DNA of 64,000 bases from an uncultured Candidatus Saccharibacteria bacterium (GTDB lineage Bacteria; Patescibacteriota; Saccharimonadia; Saccharimonadales; JALRHH01), in assembly GCA_964639295.1 (NCBI GenBank), contig CAZXDT010000002.1, positions 134,896 through 198,895 of the forward strand, given 5' to 3'. The position numbers and the translations under genes are program-made. How positions within the stretch are numbered: position 1 is the first letter of the stretch; the number at the start of each line of letters is the position of its first letter. This document shows positions 46,401 through 56,230 of the stretch, in pieces. Below the pieces are notes generated by a model that did not search any database, was not told the DNA's origin, and saw nothing but the letters and a program-made list of their open reading frames with translations.

Positions 46401-46585
46401 CACCCGCTCTCCCAACAATCCAATCTGACATGTCATTCCTACCTACTGTTACTTGAGATGTGGCAATAGCCACCTTGATTAGTCACAGTATCTTGGATAA
46501 GTGGATAACTAGTTGTCGTAACTAGTTGTTTTTTGTTATGATCAAGCTAATGTTTAGTACTTGAGAGGGCTTGGCTAAAAATACA

Positions 46586-47155
46586 ATGACTGATAACTCC
46601 GAATCGGACTCAAAGTTTGTCTCCCAAAGCTTTAAGAAGCGAAAACGTTTGCCAAAGGGTAAGCGACTTATTTATGCAGTAGTTATTATTTCTTTAATTT
46701 TGGTAGCAGTCGCAGCTGTCATATACAAGCGAAGTCATACAAGTAAGACTTCAGGGGATCAAGAGTTTAGTTATCAAGACCAACTGAGTCATGAATTGTC
46801 TTCAGCTCAAAAAGCTGTCGCATCCAATAAAACACCCACTGACGATAAGGCTAAAGAAAAGCAAGCCAGCGATTATGTTGCTCTAGGTAATGCCTTATTG
46901 AACAAGGATCAGCCAAAAGAAGCAATTGATGCCTTCAAGAAAGCTCTCGAGCTTTCGGGCACGGCAAAACAAGAAGCTCTCGGAGGCCTTGTGTCGGCTT
47001 ACGATGCAAACAACCAACCGTCAGAAGCAATTAAATCCGCCGAAGAACTGATTGCTTATCTCAAAACGCTTCCTCAGGATAACGCGAGTGTCTTGCAGAG
47101 GATTAGAGCTGTTCAAAATGACCTTGATAGATTAAAGAGCGGGCAAAAACTATGA
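46586..47155 (+). CDS. TPR-repeat membrane-anchored protein
   Basis: TM helix LIYAVVIISLILVAVAAVIY, then TPR-like ALGNALLNKDQPKEAIDAFKKALELS. The start is uncertain (TTG 46571 or ATG 46586). Confidence 0.6.
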   Translation: MTDNSESDSKFVSQSFKKRKRLPKGKRLIYAVVIISLILVAVAAVIYKRSHTSKTSGDQEFSYQDQLSHELSSAQKAVASNKTPTDDKAKEKQASDYVALGNALLNKDQPKEAIDAFKKALELSGTAKQEALGGLVSAYDANNQPSEAIKSAEELIAYLKTLPQDNASVLQRIRAVQNDLDRLKSGQKL

Positions 47156-49245
47156 AATTACATCGACGATTAGCATTGCTACTGGCTCTTGCATCAGCTT
47201 TTTCTCTTGTGCTTAACACGGGTGCAGCCTATGCGTTGTACTGTGATGCAGGGGGTTTTGGTCGGGCTGGTTGTCACGGGTTCTTTACTAATGGTAACGC
47301 GGATTACTATGCTGCCCATGACGGAAGCCCTGCGGACGAAGTGGATGACGTTATTGAGGCGGGTTTATTTGTTAGTAGTGCCAATGAATTCCTTACGCAA
47401 GTAAATGCCAACCTCTATGCTTCCAGTACAAGAAAGCAAATGGGCGCGGCCTTTATTATTGACGGTATGCTTGGCTATCATAACCCAACAAGCCGCACGA
47501 ACGGTATTAACTGGGCAAAAAGTCATTGGAGCCTCTTTGAACAGAGAGTGAGGCAGTACGCCAACTCTAATTCGACCAGTTATGGAGTTGACTGGAATAG
47601 GAGTACGAGCGTAGGTGGACGTAACAGCGCATACTTTGCTGCTATTAATGATGATGCCTTTCATGAGGACTCAGGCAGTGTAGCTGCGATATACTTCTAC
47701 TGGCCTGGCGGCTCGTTTGCGATCCAGCGTAACTGTGCCAACTTGATTGGGAGCTTAAATGTACCTCCACCGCGATCTTGGGACCCTGAACCAACCACCC
47801 TAATTAATAAGACAACCATGAACTTAGGTGACACAGTAACCTGGACACATAATGTAAAGAATGTCGGATCATATAAAACCAAAGACCTTGTCGGGGATGT
47901 CTATTGGCGAAGTGATAGCACGGGTGCATTACCTGCGGCTACGTTCCCATCCGCAACGTACAGAGATCTTACGAACAATAGTGTAGTTCCCAATAAGTCA
48001 TACGGCCCCATTGCGTTAGCGGCAGGTGCGAGCATCTCTGCAAGTGGAATAACGTATTCATTCAAGCCAACAGCAATAGGGAAGTATTGTCAGGCTATAT
48101 TAGTAAACTGGACATCATCATCCGATAGCACTAACCAGGTAAGTGCAGAAAAATGCGTAACAGTAACTACTCCTCCAGGGCCGAACACGGTCAAGCCTAA
48201 AGTTGAGATTATAAACACTACTCATAGCGGTGCAGACTATATTGAGCCAGGTGACAGCTTTAAGGCGGATGGGTCACTAGAGAGTACGGCGTCATCAACG
48301 GTCAAGAATACTGTCTGGGAAGTCTGGCTAGAAACTAATTCCACATCTGCCGGTGCTACGAAAGATGTAGGTGAATACAGTAGTTTTGTAACATCAGGCA
48401 CACTAGGTGCGGGGACTATAACGTTTACGGGCACCAAGCCTGCCGGTACTACCACAGGTCAGGTTACGATTGCACTAGCGAACACGGCTAATTTTGTATG
48501 TGCCAGATTAGTGACTGAAGGTGTTAGCCCAACTGACGTCGATCCTCCGGAAGGCATCATAAAGTGTCTCCCCATCCAAACCCGCCCCTTCTTCCAAGTC
48601 ACGGGTGGTGACGTTAATGCCGCAGCTGTCATGAAAAGTGGTGGGTCATGCCCAACCTCAAGCAATGGACTTCTTGCAGGATGGAACAACGGTACATCTG
48701 GAGCAAATACAAACATTGCAGCCTTTGCAGCACAGGCAATAACAGAGTTTGCATCACATAACCCACCTATTGGCCTAACATTTGCGAATACTCCGGCCAC
48801 ACCCTGGGGGGGTGAGTTTGATGAGGTATATTGTGTTGAGGGCGTGACATCCGATCCAAGCATTCCTCCTGTCTTTATTGATGCTGCTGGGACATACAAC
48901 GGCTCTGTATCTACAGCAGGTGACATTATTATTAGCAACAATGTGACAATTATTAATGGCATCTTTAAAGCTGGCGGCAATATTTACACCTGTGGTACCG
49001 CAATTGGTCCTACGCTTGCTGTAAACATGAAAACCGCCTGTAGTAACAAACTAACCGTCAATGGTAGTTTCACCGCCAACACTATATACCTCCTGCGTAC
49101 TCTTGGAAGTCTTGGCAACGGAGAACCAGCAGAACAGTTTAATTATGGCCCTGAGGTATGGCTTCCTGGAATCACGCCATCTGGCGGCGGCTCCATTGAC
49201 CTCGGTGACGCCGACTCAGTCACTAGTTTACCGCCGGTATTGTAG
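47152..49245 (+). CDS. large secreted hypothetical protein (697 aa) at the head of the pilus cluster
   Basis: Signal peptide MKLHRRLALLLALASAFSLVLNTGAAYA. ATGA overlap with the TPR gene. Thr/Ser/Gly/Asn-rich and beta-rich in appearance. Confidence 0.65.
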   Translation: MKLHRRLALLLALASAFSLVLNTGAAYALYCDAGGFGRAGCHGFFTNGNADYYAAHDGSPADEVDDVIEAGLFVSSANEFLTQVNANLYASSTRKQMGAAFIIDGMLGYHNPTSRTNGINWAKSHWSLFEQRVRQYANSNSTSYGVDWNRSTSVGGRNSAYFAAINDDAFHEDSGSVAAIYFYWPGGSFAIQRNCANLIGSLNVPPPRSWDPEPTTLINKTTMNLGDTVTWTHNVKNVGSYKTKDLVGDVYWRSDSTGALPAATFPSATYRDLTNNSVVPNKSYGPIALAAGASISASGITYSFKPTAIGKYCQAILVNWTSSSDSTNQVSAEKCVTVTTPPGPNTVKPKVEIINTTHSGADYIEPGDSFKADGSLESTASSTVKNTVWEVWLETNSTSAGATKDVGEYSSFVTSGTLGAGTITFTGTKPAGTTTGQVTIALANTANFVCARLVTEGVSPTDVDPPEGIIKCLPIQTRPFFQVTGGDVNAAAVMKSGGSCPTSSNGLLAGWNNGTSGANTNIAAFAAQAITEFASHNPPIGLTFANTPATPWGGEFDEVYCVEGVTSDPSIPPVFIDAAGTYNGSVSTAGDIIISNNVTIINGIFKAGGNIYTCGTAIGPTLAVNMKTACSNKLTVNGSFTANTIYLLRTLGSLGNGEPAEQFNYGPEVWLPGITPSGGGSIDLGDADSVTSLPPVL

Positions 49246-49302
49246 ATTCCTGTGGAAAGAAGTTGCGTAGTTGCGTAACGCTTATGCTATAATTTGCCTA
49301 AT

Positions 49303-50343
49303 ATGAGTATTCTGAGTGGGGTTGGTAATTTCTTTGGCCTAGACATAGGCACTACGGCTGTCCGTCTGGTGGAGCTATCTGGTAGTGGCCCTGTAAAAAC
49401 GTTGAGCAAGTATGCCTATGCACCTGTAGACAGTAAAGTTTCTATGAGTGACTCAAAAGCAGACCAACAAAAGTTAGCCGAGACCATTCGTGACTTAATT
49501 GCCCAAGCTCGAGTTAACACTCGTAATGTTGCAGTCGGTATACCCTCTAGCAGAGTGTTTACGACTGTGGTTGATTTTGAACGTTTATCTGAGGCAGAAC
49601 TAGGTAAATCTATTAAACTTCAGGCAGATTCACTCATCCCAACACCCTTGTCAGAATCTAAGCTCGACTGGGCTTTAATAGGCGATTCTCCTACTGATAA
49701 AACTAAACTCGAGGTTCTTATATCAAGCGTACCAAACGCTTTCATCGAGGCACGACTTGACATGCTGGAATCTATCGGGCTCAATGTTATCGCATTCGAA
49801 CCGGATAACCTTGCGCTGACTCGGGCAATGTTGGCAGTGGATGCAACCATGCCTCAAATGGTGCTGGATATAGGCAGTAAATCAACCGATCTAGTTGTAT
49901 CCATGAATGGTGCTCCGCGCCTCACGCGTTCTATCCCAACAGGATCAGAGGCTATTGTTCGTTCAGCAATGCAAAACCTCAGTATTGACGAAAAGCAGGC
50001 AGAACAATTTGTATTCAAGTTTGGTCTCAGCAAGGACAAACTAGAAGGTCAGGTACACCAAGCTATTATCGGTACAGTTGACCTGCTGACATCGGAAGTA
50101 GAGAAGTCAATTAAGTTCGTAACTAGCCGTTACCCAGACGCTAAGCTCGATCGCATTATTGTCACAGGCGGTGCTTCGGCGCTTCCAGAGTTCCCACTAT
50201 ACCTTGCTAACAAGTTTGCAGTTAATGTTGAGATTGGTAATTCATGGCGCAACATCTCTTTCCCGGCAGATAGGCAAAATGAACTACTGGCTGTGTCTAA
50301 TCACTTTGGGGTAGCAGCAGGACTTGCGGAGAGAAATGAATGA
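49303..50343 (+). CDS. pilM: type IV pilus assembly protein PilM
   Basis: FFGLDIGTTAVRLVEL is an actin-like ATPase N-terminus. TGcTATAAT ends 9 nt upstream of ATG 49303; the track's TTG 49294 abuts the -10 box. Confidence 0.85.
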   Translation: MSILSGVGNFFGLDIGTTAVRLVELSGSGPVKTLSKYAYAPVDSKVSMSDSKADQQKLAETIRDLIAQARVNTRNVAVGIPSSRVFTTVVDFERLSEAELGKSIKLQADSLIPTPLSESKLDWALIGDSPTDKTKLEVLISSVPNAFIEARLDMLESIGLNVIAFEPDNLALTRAMLAVDATMPQMVLDIGSKSTDLVVSMNGAPRLTRSIPTGSEAIVRSAMQNLSIDEKQAEQFVFKFGLSKDKLEGQVHQAIIGTVDLLTSEVEKSIKFVTSRYPDAKLDRIIVTGGASALPEFPLYLANKFAVNVEIGNSWRNISFPADRQNELLAVSNHFGVAAGLAERNE

Positions 50344-51065
50344 TCCAATTTAATCTTTTACCAGATATAAAACTTGAGTACATCAGGGCACGTCGCGTCA
50401 AGCAGACCGTTGTAATGGTAAGCACCCTAGTCGGTGGCGCAGCATTGTTCTTACTAGTTGTGTTTATACTGATTGTAAACGTATATCAGAAACAGAAAAT
50501 GAGCAGCCTCAACGATCAAATTGCCAGTGGCAAAAAGACTCTACAGGAAAAACCAGACCTGAGTAAAATACTGACAATCCAGAATCAACTTAACAGCTTA
50601 CCTGACCTCCACAAGAATAAACCAGTGGCTTCGCGTGTGTTCACATACATCCAACAAGTAGTGCCACAGAATGCCAGTGTAGCAACTCTGACGGTTAATT
50701 TTGACGACCAAACAATGAAGATAGAGGGTTCCGCTGATAGTCTTGCAACAGTCAACACGTTTGCAGATACGCTTAAGTTTACAAACTTCACGACAGTTCA
50801 GAATGGAGCTGTGGCGGCGGATGCTAAACAAACAGCAGCATTTAGTGGAGTCGTTCTATCTGACTTTAGTTTTACAACGGCTAACAAGAAAGACAAAACA
50901 AAACCTGCCAAGTACACGATTGCATTCAAATATGATAAAGCCATCTTCTCCTCAAGTAACGATATACAACTGGTAGTTGCTAGTAAGGTGACTACAAGGT
51001 CTGAGACGGAAAAACCAGAGACGTTGTTCCAGAATAATGTTCAAAATCCGGGGGTACCGCAATAA
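50340..51065 (+). CDS. pilN: type IV pilus assembly protein PilN-like
   Basis: MIQFNLLPD...RR followed by a TM helix. ATGA overlap with pilM. Confidence 0.7.
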   Translation: MIQFNLLPDIKLEYIRARRVKQTVVMVSTLVGGAALFLLVVFILIVNVYQKQKMSSLNDQIASGKKTLQEKPDLSKILTIQNQLNSLPDLHKNKPVASRVFTYIQQVVPQNASVATLTVNFDDQTMKIEGSADSLATVNTFADTLKFTNFTTVQNGAVAADAKQTAAFSGVVLSDFSFTTANKKDKTKPAKYTIAFKYDKAIFSSSNDIQLVVASKVTTRSETEKPETLFQNNVQNPGVPQ

Positions 51066-51742
51066 TGGCTGGCTTAAATCTTAATACGAAACGTGTACAA
51101 GTCGATAAAGCAAACCTTGTAGTTGTCATAGCTGTTTCGGCCGCAGCTTTCCTGACCTTCTTCTCACTTGTTGCAGTTAAGGCATTATGGACACAACGTT
51201 CATACCAGGCTCGAGTTATTCATGAGCGGCAGAAAGCAGCCGACCAAGTTGAGGCTAATATTAAAGCTGCAGACACTCTAGCAGCCTCTTACGAACAGTT
51301 TGTGTCAAACTCAGAGAATGTTATTGGGGGTAGCGCAACAGGCAGTGGCGAGCGTGATGGTGACAATGCACGGATTGTTTTGGACGCATTGCCTAGCAAG
51401 TACGATTTCCCAGCCCTGACTAGTAGCATTGTAAAGTTGGCAAGTAGCCAATCAGTAAACATTGCAAGTATTACCGGTGTTGATGATGAGATTAAGCAGG
51501 CTAAGAATGCTAATAGCCCTGTTCCTAAAGCAGTAGACATGCCGTATAAGCTTTCTGTAAGTGGTAACTATCAGTCTATACAAAACCTTATAGGTATTTT
51601 TGAACATTCGATTCGACCATTCCAGATGAAGAAACTTACCTTCACGGCAGCACAAACAGGTGATGTTACGCTTGATATGGAGGCGAAGTCGTTCTATCAG
51701 CCAGAAAAGAGTCTTCAGTTTACAAGTAAGGTAGTGAAATGA
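51065..51742 (+). CDS. pilO: type IV pilus assembly protein PilO-like
   Basis: Single TM helix, coiled-coil and position after pilN. 1-nt stop/start overlap. Confidence 0.55.
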   Translation: MAGLNLNTKRVQVDKANLVVVIAVSAAAFLTFFSLVAVKALWTQRSYQARVIHERQKAADQVEANIKAADTLAASYEQFVSNSENVIGGSATGSGERDGDNARIVLDALPSKYDFPALTSSIVKLASSQSVNIASITGVDDEIKQAKNANSPVPKAVDMPYKLSVSGNYQSIQNLIGIFEHSIRPFQMKKLTFTAAQTGDVTLDMEAKSFYQPEKSLQFTSKVVK

Positions 51743-51981
51743 AACAAAAAGATATTTTACTGATTATAGTTATTAGCTTCATGAGCATAGTGTTATCACT
51801 TGTAGCCTCAAACATAGTGTTTAACAATAAGAACAGCAAGAAGTTAAAAACTGATGTTGTGACAGCAATAACTCCAGAGTTCAAACAACCAGATACCAAG
51901 TACTTCAATGCACAATCGAATGATCCCACACAGATTATTCGTATTGGTGATAACTCAAATCAGACACCATTTAATCGATAG
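51739..51981 (+). CDS. small single-TM protein of the pilus operon
   Basis: 80-codon ORF with an ATGA overlap with the pilO-like gene. TM helix ILLIIVISFMSIVLSLVASNIVF. Confidence 0.5.
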   Translation: MKQKDILLIIVISFMSIVLSLVASNIVFNNKNSKKLKTDVVTAITPEFKQPDTKYFNAQSNDPTQIIRIGDNSNQTPFNR

Positions 51982-52001
51982 AAAAGGGGATTGGTAGCCG
52001 C

Positions 52002-53810
52002 ATGAGTGTGCTTTCGGCAACAACCCAAAAACAAGTAGAAGCAAAACTCGTCACTGACGGGCTTATTAGTGACGAGAAACTCAAGGAAGTTACCGAAAAG
52101 GCAAAGACAGACGGTAAGCCCTTATTCGCGGCGCTTGTCCAAGAAGGGTTTATCACCAATGAAGCTTTGACCAAGACAATTGCTGCAGTTACGAAAATGC
52201 CCTACGTTAATTTGCTAAATGCACAGATTGACGCTAATATTTTAGCCTTGTTACCACAAGAAGTTGCTGAGCGTTATATGGCGGTTCCTTTAGGTGAAAT
52301 GGAGCGTCGTCTTGTGGTGGCTATGCTTGATGCCGACAACGTACAAGCAGTGGATTTCTTGGCAAACAAAATTGGGCGCCCACTTAAGGTATATGCTGCA
52401 AGTGAAGAGGGCATACGCAATGTATTGAAACAATATGAGGCAAAAATAAGCTCAAATGTTGCAGCTGACTTTGCGGCTGATACTGCAGCGATCGCTGCTG
52501 CAGACAGAGACAATGGTCAACCAAGTGAGCCAAATGATAAATCCAAGTCCATTACAACAATTGTTCAAGATTCACCGATCAGTAAAGCGCTAAACACCAT
52601 TATGGAATACGCCGCTAAAAACAGAGCGAGTGATATACACATTGAACCTTTAGAGAAAGAACTTAAAATTCGTTGTCGTATAGACGGAGTAATGCGAGAA
52701 ATATTAAAGCTGCCAAAGTCGACCGAGGCACCACTTGTTTCTCGTATCAAGATTTTGTCGAATCTTAAGATTGATGAACACCGCGTTCCACAGGATGGTC
52801 AATTTAGTGTCCACGCTGCAGGCAAAGACATTGATTTACGTATCTCTATATCCCCAGTCGTATGGGGAGAGCAGGTGGTCATTCGTTTACTAGACAAGTC
52901 CGGCACGAGTTTGATGCTTGAAGATATGGGATTCAGGGGCAGGGCGCTGAGGACAATACGTACTGGTTTGGAGCGTCCAAATGGCATGATTTTGACATCC
53001 GGCCCAACAGGTTCTGGTAAGTCTACCTCGTTATATGCACTCTTAAACGAGATCAAGAACGACACGATTAACATCGTGACACTCGAGGACCCAGTTGAGT
53101 ACAAGATGGATGGCATCAACCAAATTCAAGTTAATGCTGATGTTGGGCTGACCTTTGCGGCTGGACTTCGTTCTATCTTGCGTCAAGACCCTGATGTCGT
53201 GATGGTGGGTGAAATTCGTGACAAAGAGACGGCAACTCTGGCTGTTCAGGCTGCGCTTACGGGCCACCTTGTCTTCAGTACACTCCACACCAACTCTGCT
53301 GCTGGTATTTTGCCACGTTTACTTGATATGGGTATTGAGCCATTCCTTATAGCTAGCACCGTTCATACAGTTATTGGACAACGCCTAGTGCGTCGTATTG
53401 CAGATGAGGGTAAAGAGACCTATCAATCTGATAAGGCGGAAACAACGGCAGTCCACGAGGCTCTCGGTAAGTTTTTGCCACAAGATAAAGAAGGTCTTGC
53501 CAAAGCTTGCGAGGATTTAGGGTACGAAACCTTGCCACTAGGGGGTGATACCGCTTATACTTTGACCAAGGGCAAAGATAGTCCGTCAACGCCAGGTGGG
53601 TACAAGGGGCGAATGGGATTGTACGAAGTCTTTGGAATCACTGATGAAATCCAAGACCTCATTCTCAAACGATCAACCAGTAGTGAGATCCAAGAATTGG
53701 CTCGTCAGCAAGGGATGATAACCATGCGAGAAGACGGCTACCTCAAGGCACTGGCGGGGCAGACAACGCTCACGGAAGTTAACCGAGTAGCAGCCTCTGA
53801 GGGCGCGTAA
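52002..53810 (+). CDS. pilB: type IV pilus assembly ATPase PilB (GspE family)
   Basis: Walker A GPTGSGKST, Asp box, Walker B, and a His box (LVFSTLHTNSAA). Confidence 0.93.
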   Translation: MSVLSATTQKQVEAKLVTDGLISDEKLKEVTEKAKTDGKPLFAALVQEGFITNEALTKTIAAVTKMPYVNLLNAQIDANILALLPQEVAERYMAVPLGEMERRLVVAMLDADNVQAVDFLANKIGRPLKVYAASEEGIRNVLKQYEAKISSNVAADFAADTAAIAAADRDNGQPSEPNDKSKSITTIVQDSPISKALNTIMEYAAKNRASDIHIEPLEKELKIRCRIDGVMREILKLPKSTEAPLVSRIKILSNLKIDEHRVPQDGQFSVHAAGKDIDLRISISPVVWGEQVVIRLLDKSGTSLMLEDMGFRGRALRTIRTGLERPNGMILTSGPTGSGKSTSLYALLNEIKNDTINIVTLEDPVEYKMDGINQIQVNADVGLTFAAGLRSILRQDPDVVMVGEIRDKETATLAVQAALTGHLVFSTLHTNSAAGILPRLLDMGIEPFLIASTVHTVIGQRLVRRIADEGKETYQSDKAETTAVHEALGKFLPQDKEGLAKACEDLGYETLPLGGDTAYTLTKGKDSPSTPGGYKGRMGLYEVFGITDEIQDLILKRSTSSEIQELARQQGMITMREDGYLKALAGQTTLTEVNRVAASEGA

Positions 53811-53830
53811 AGACGGATATAAGGAAAAGG

Positions 53831-54904
53831 GTGGATATGCAAGGACAACCAAGAATCGAGGTACTCCTCGAAGAAGTAATCAAAAAGAAGGCATCTGACC
53901 TTCATATTCAAGTTGGCCTCGCGCCAATGTTACGTGTCGACGGTGCACTTATACCAGTACCAAGTACTGATGTTCTGACTGAAGAAGCGGTTGAGGCACT
54001 GGTGTTTGCTATTTTGGATGAAGACCAGAAGCAGATCTTGCTTAAGGACAAGGAATTCGACTTCAGTTTTGCCTTTGGTGATCTGGGCCGCTTCCGTGTG
54101 AATGCTTTTCACGAACGTGGTAACTTAGCCGCTGCACTCCGACTTATCCCTAACGAAATCTTGACTACTGAACAGCTCGGTATGCCAGAAATTGTCAAAA
54201 AGTTTGCTGATTATCCCCGTGGTTTAGTACTTGTTACGGGACCAACAGGTTCCGGTAAGTCAACAACGCTCGCAGCACTCGTGGACAAGATTAACACCGA
54301 GAAGTCGGCACATATTGTTACTATCGAAGACCCGATTGAGTTCACGCACAAGTCAAAGAAATCAGTCATCGTACAACGTGAAGTCCACTACGATACGTAT
54401 TCATTCTCTGCTGCGCTTCGTTCATCACTCCGCCAGGACCCTGATGTCGTACTGATTGGTGAGATGCGTGACCTTGAGACCATTGCAGCCGCTATTACTA
54501 TTGCAGAAACAGGACACTTGGTCTTTGCAACACTCCACACTAACAGTGCAGCGCAGTCTATTGACCGTATGATCGATGTTTTCCCGCCGCACCAACAGCC
54601 ACAGATCCGCGCACAGCTATCTAATATCCTTATGGGGATTTGTTCACAGCGTCTCATCCCATCCATTGGTGGTGGTCGTGCGGTGGCTGCAGAGGTGCTT
54701 ATTGCTACCCCCGCAGTACGAAATATCATTCGTGAGGGCAAGAGTCACCAGCTTGAGGCAGTAATCCAGACCGGTGCAGAGTTTGGCATGCAATCAATGG
54801 ATAAACAACTGGTTACCCTTATTCATAATGGTACGATCACGTATGATGAGGCGCGCAACTACGCTGTTGACCTTGACGAGTTAGACAGGCTAATGAGGAG
54901 TTAA
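53831..54904 (+). CDS. pilT: type IV pilus retraction ATPase PilT
   Basis: ASDLHIQVG, GPTGSGKSTT, and LVFATLHTNSAAQSIDRMIDVFP. The alternative start is ATG 53837. Confidence 0.93.
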   Translation: MDMQGQPRIEVLLEEVIKKKASDLHIQVGLAPMLRVDGALIPVPSTDVLTEEAVEALVFAILDEDQKQILLKDKEFDFSFAFGDLGRFRVNAFHERGNLAAALRLIPNEILTTEQLGMPEIVKKFADYPRGLVLVTGPTGSGKSTTLAALVDKINTEKSAHIVTIEDPIEFTHKSKKSVIVQREVHYDTYSFSAALRSSLRQDPDVVLIGEMRDLETIAAAITIAETGHLVFATLHTNSAAQSIDRMIDVFPPHQQPQIRAQLSNILMGICSQRLIPSIGGGRAVAAEVLIATPAVRNIIREGKSHQLEAVIQTGAEFGMQSMDKQLVTLIHNGTITYDEARNYAVDLDELDRLMRS

Positions 54905-54913
54905 TGGGTAATT

Positions 54914-56128
54914 ATGCTTAGTTTCAAATACGTCGCACGTGATGCTGCATCAGGCCAAAAGGTTTCTGCCATTGTAGAGGCAGAAAGTGAACAGGCCGCC
55001 GCCAAACTCATTAAATCTCAAGGTCTAAGCCCAATTGAGATTACCGTAGAGGGTGGCACAAAGGGCCCAGGGAGGTTCTTTAACAAAGTTAAGGCTAAGG
55101 ACCGCATATTATTTGCTCGACAGCTGTCTACACTAATAAATGCAGGGTTGCCGTTGGTGCAGAGTCTCAGAACTGTTGGTAAACAGGCTCAAAGTAAGCC
55201 ACTCAAAGTCATTGTCAATAAAGTTGTGAGTGATGTAGAGGCAGGCCAGGCATTTAATGTTGCGCTCTCAAAGCACCCAGAAACATTCAACCAAATCTTT
55301 ATTAACCTGATAGCGGCCGGCGAAACGTCCGGTACACTGGACGCTGCATTGGAGCGCATTGCTACACAACAAGAAAAGGATGCAGAGATCCTCAGCAAGG
55401 TTCGTGGCGCTATGGTGTATCCGGTCGTCGTTATCTTTGTGATGATGGCGGTGCTCGGCTTTATGATTGTTAAAGTATTACCCCAAGTCAAGGTCTTGTA
55501 TAGTGGCTTGGGTGGCGATAACCAACTTCCGTTGGTTACAAGAGTGCTCCTGACTATATCTGATTTTACTATCAAGTATTGGTGGCTTGTAATCTTGGTA
55601 ATAGTACTCGGTGGATTCTTCACGAGCCGGTGGGCGCGGACTGGACCAGGGAAACAAGTGGTTGATAAGTTTAAAATGCGAGCATGGCCAGCAAGCAGTC
55701 TATTCATGAAGCTATACATGGCACGGTTTGCACGTACTTCACAGACGCTTATCGCTAGTGGTGTGCCATTACTCCAGGTAATGGATATTACAGCCAATTC
55801 AATCAATAATGTACATATTGAGAAATCAATCAGACAGGCTGCAGAGAAGGTTAAGGGCGGTAAATCCCTATCTGCGTCCATAGAAAACGATCCTAACTTC
55901 TTACAGCTTGTACCAGATATGCTCCGTATCGGTGAGCAATCAGGCTCTATGGAAGCTATGACTGCTAAGGTAGCGGATTATTATGAGAAAGAGGTCGATC
56001 AGCAGATTAAGACTGTATCAACCATTATAGAGCCGGTACTTATGGTAATCCTTGGTGTCGTTGCATTCATTATAGTAGCTGCAGTACTACTGCCAATCTA
56101 CGGCTTGGCGGGGAAGAGTATAGTCTAG
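54914..56128 (+). CDS. pilC: type IV pilus platform protein PilC (GspF family)
   Basis: Duplicated GspF domains (FARQLSTLINAGLPLVQSL / FARTSQTLIASGVPLLQVM) with TM helices. Confidence 0.93.
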   Translation: MLSFKYVARDAASGQKVSAIVEAESEQAAAKLIKSQGLSPIEITVEGGTKGPGRFFNKVKAKDRILFARQLSTLINAGLPLVQSLRTVGKQAQSKPLKVIVNKVVSDVEAGQAFNVALSKHPETFNQIFINLIAAGETSGTLDAALERIATQQEKDAEILSKVRGAMVYPVVVIFVMMAVLGFMIVKVLPQVKVLYSGLGGDNQLPLVTRVLLTISDFTIKYWWLVILVIVLGGFFTSRWARTGPGKQVVDKFKMRAWPASSLFMKLYMARFARTSQTLIASGVPLLQVMDITANSINNVHIEKSIRQAAEKVKGGKSLSASIENDPNFLQLVPDMLRIGEQSGSMEAMTAKVADYYEKEVDQQIKTVSTIIEPVLMVILGVVAFIIVAAVLLPIYGLAGKSIV

Positions 56129-56230
56129 CAACAGACGTAAGTCTGTGGATAAGCACTTGCTTTTTACCGGTCAGCCCTTTACTATCAGAACCATAAGCGT
56201 AAATAAGTAAGCAAAGGGGGCATTTGCCTT

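Larger units (their letters stand above)
45569..46435. mobile_element. GC-rich foreign island bounded by perfect 15-bp inverted repeats, with no transposase
   Basis: TGACATGTCAGATTG (45569..45583) and its exact reverse complement CAATCTGACATGTCA (46421..46435) bracket the only strongly GC-rich stretch of the window. Confidence 0.45.

Noticed and set aside
45702-46436. A 244-codon ORF on the minus strand, and a 121-codon Arg-rich ORF (45608..45973, + strand), inside the GC-rich island.
   Set aside because: Long stop-free frames are expected on all strands of GC-rich DNA. These translations are low-complexity (Arg/Gly/Val-rich) and have no start context. The + frame from 45705 has an SD, a signal peptide and an LPXTG motif.
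55189-55881. Long antisense ORFs inside well-supported genes, for example 55189..55881 (in pilC), 29579..30118 (in rnj), 31824..32402 (in ftsK), 6527..7081 (in dnaG), 25527..26024 and 26514..26999 (in pnp), 48459..48980, 40941..41405 and 11191..11691 (in polA).
   Set aside because: Each lies entirely opposite a gene with strong family motifs. Their translations are Ser/Arg/Leu-rich with no recognisable domains or start signals. They are typical shadow ORFs.
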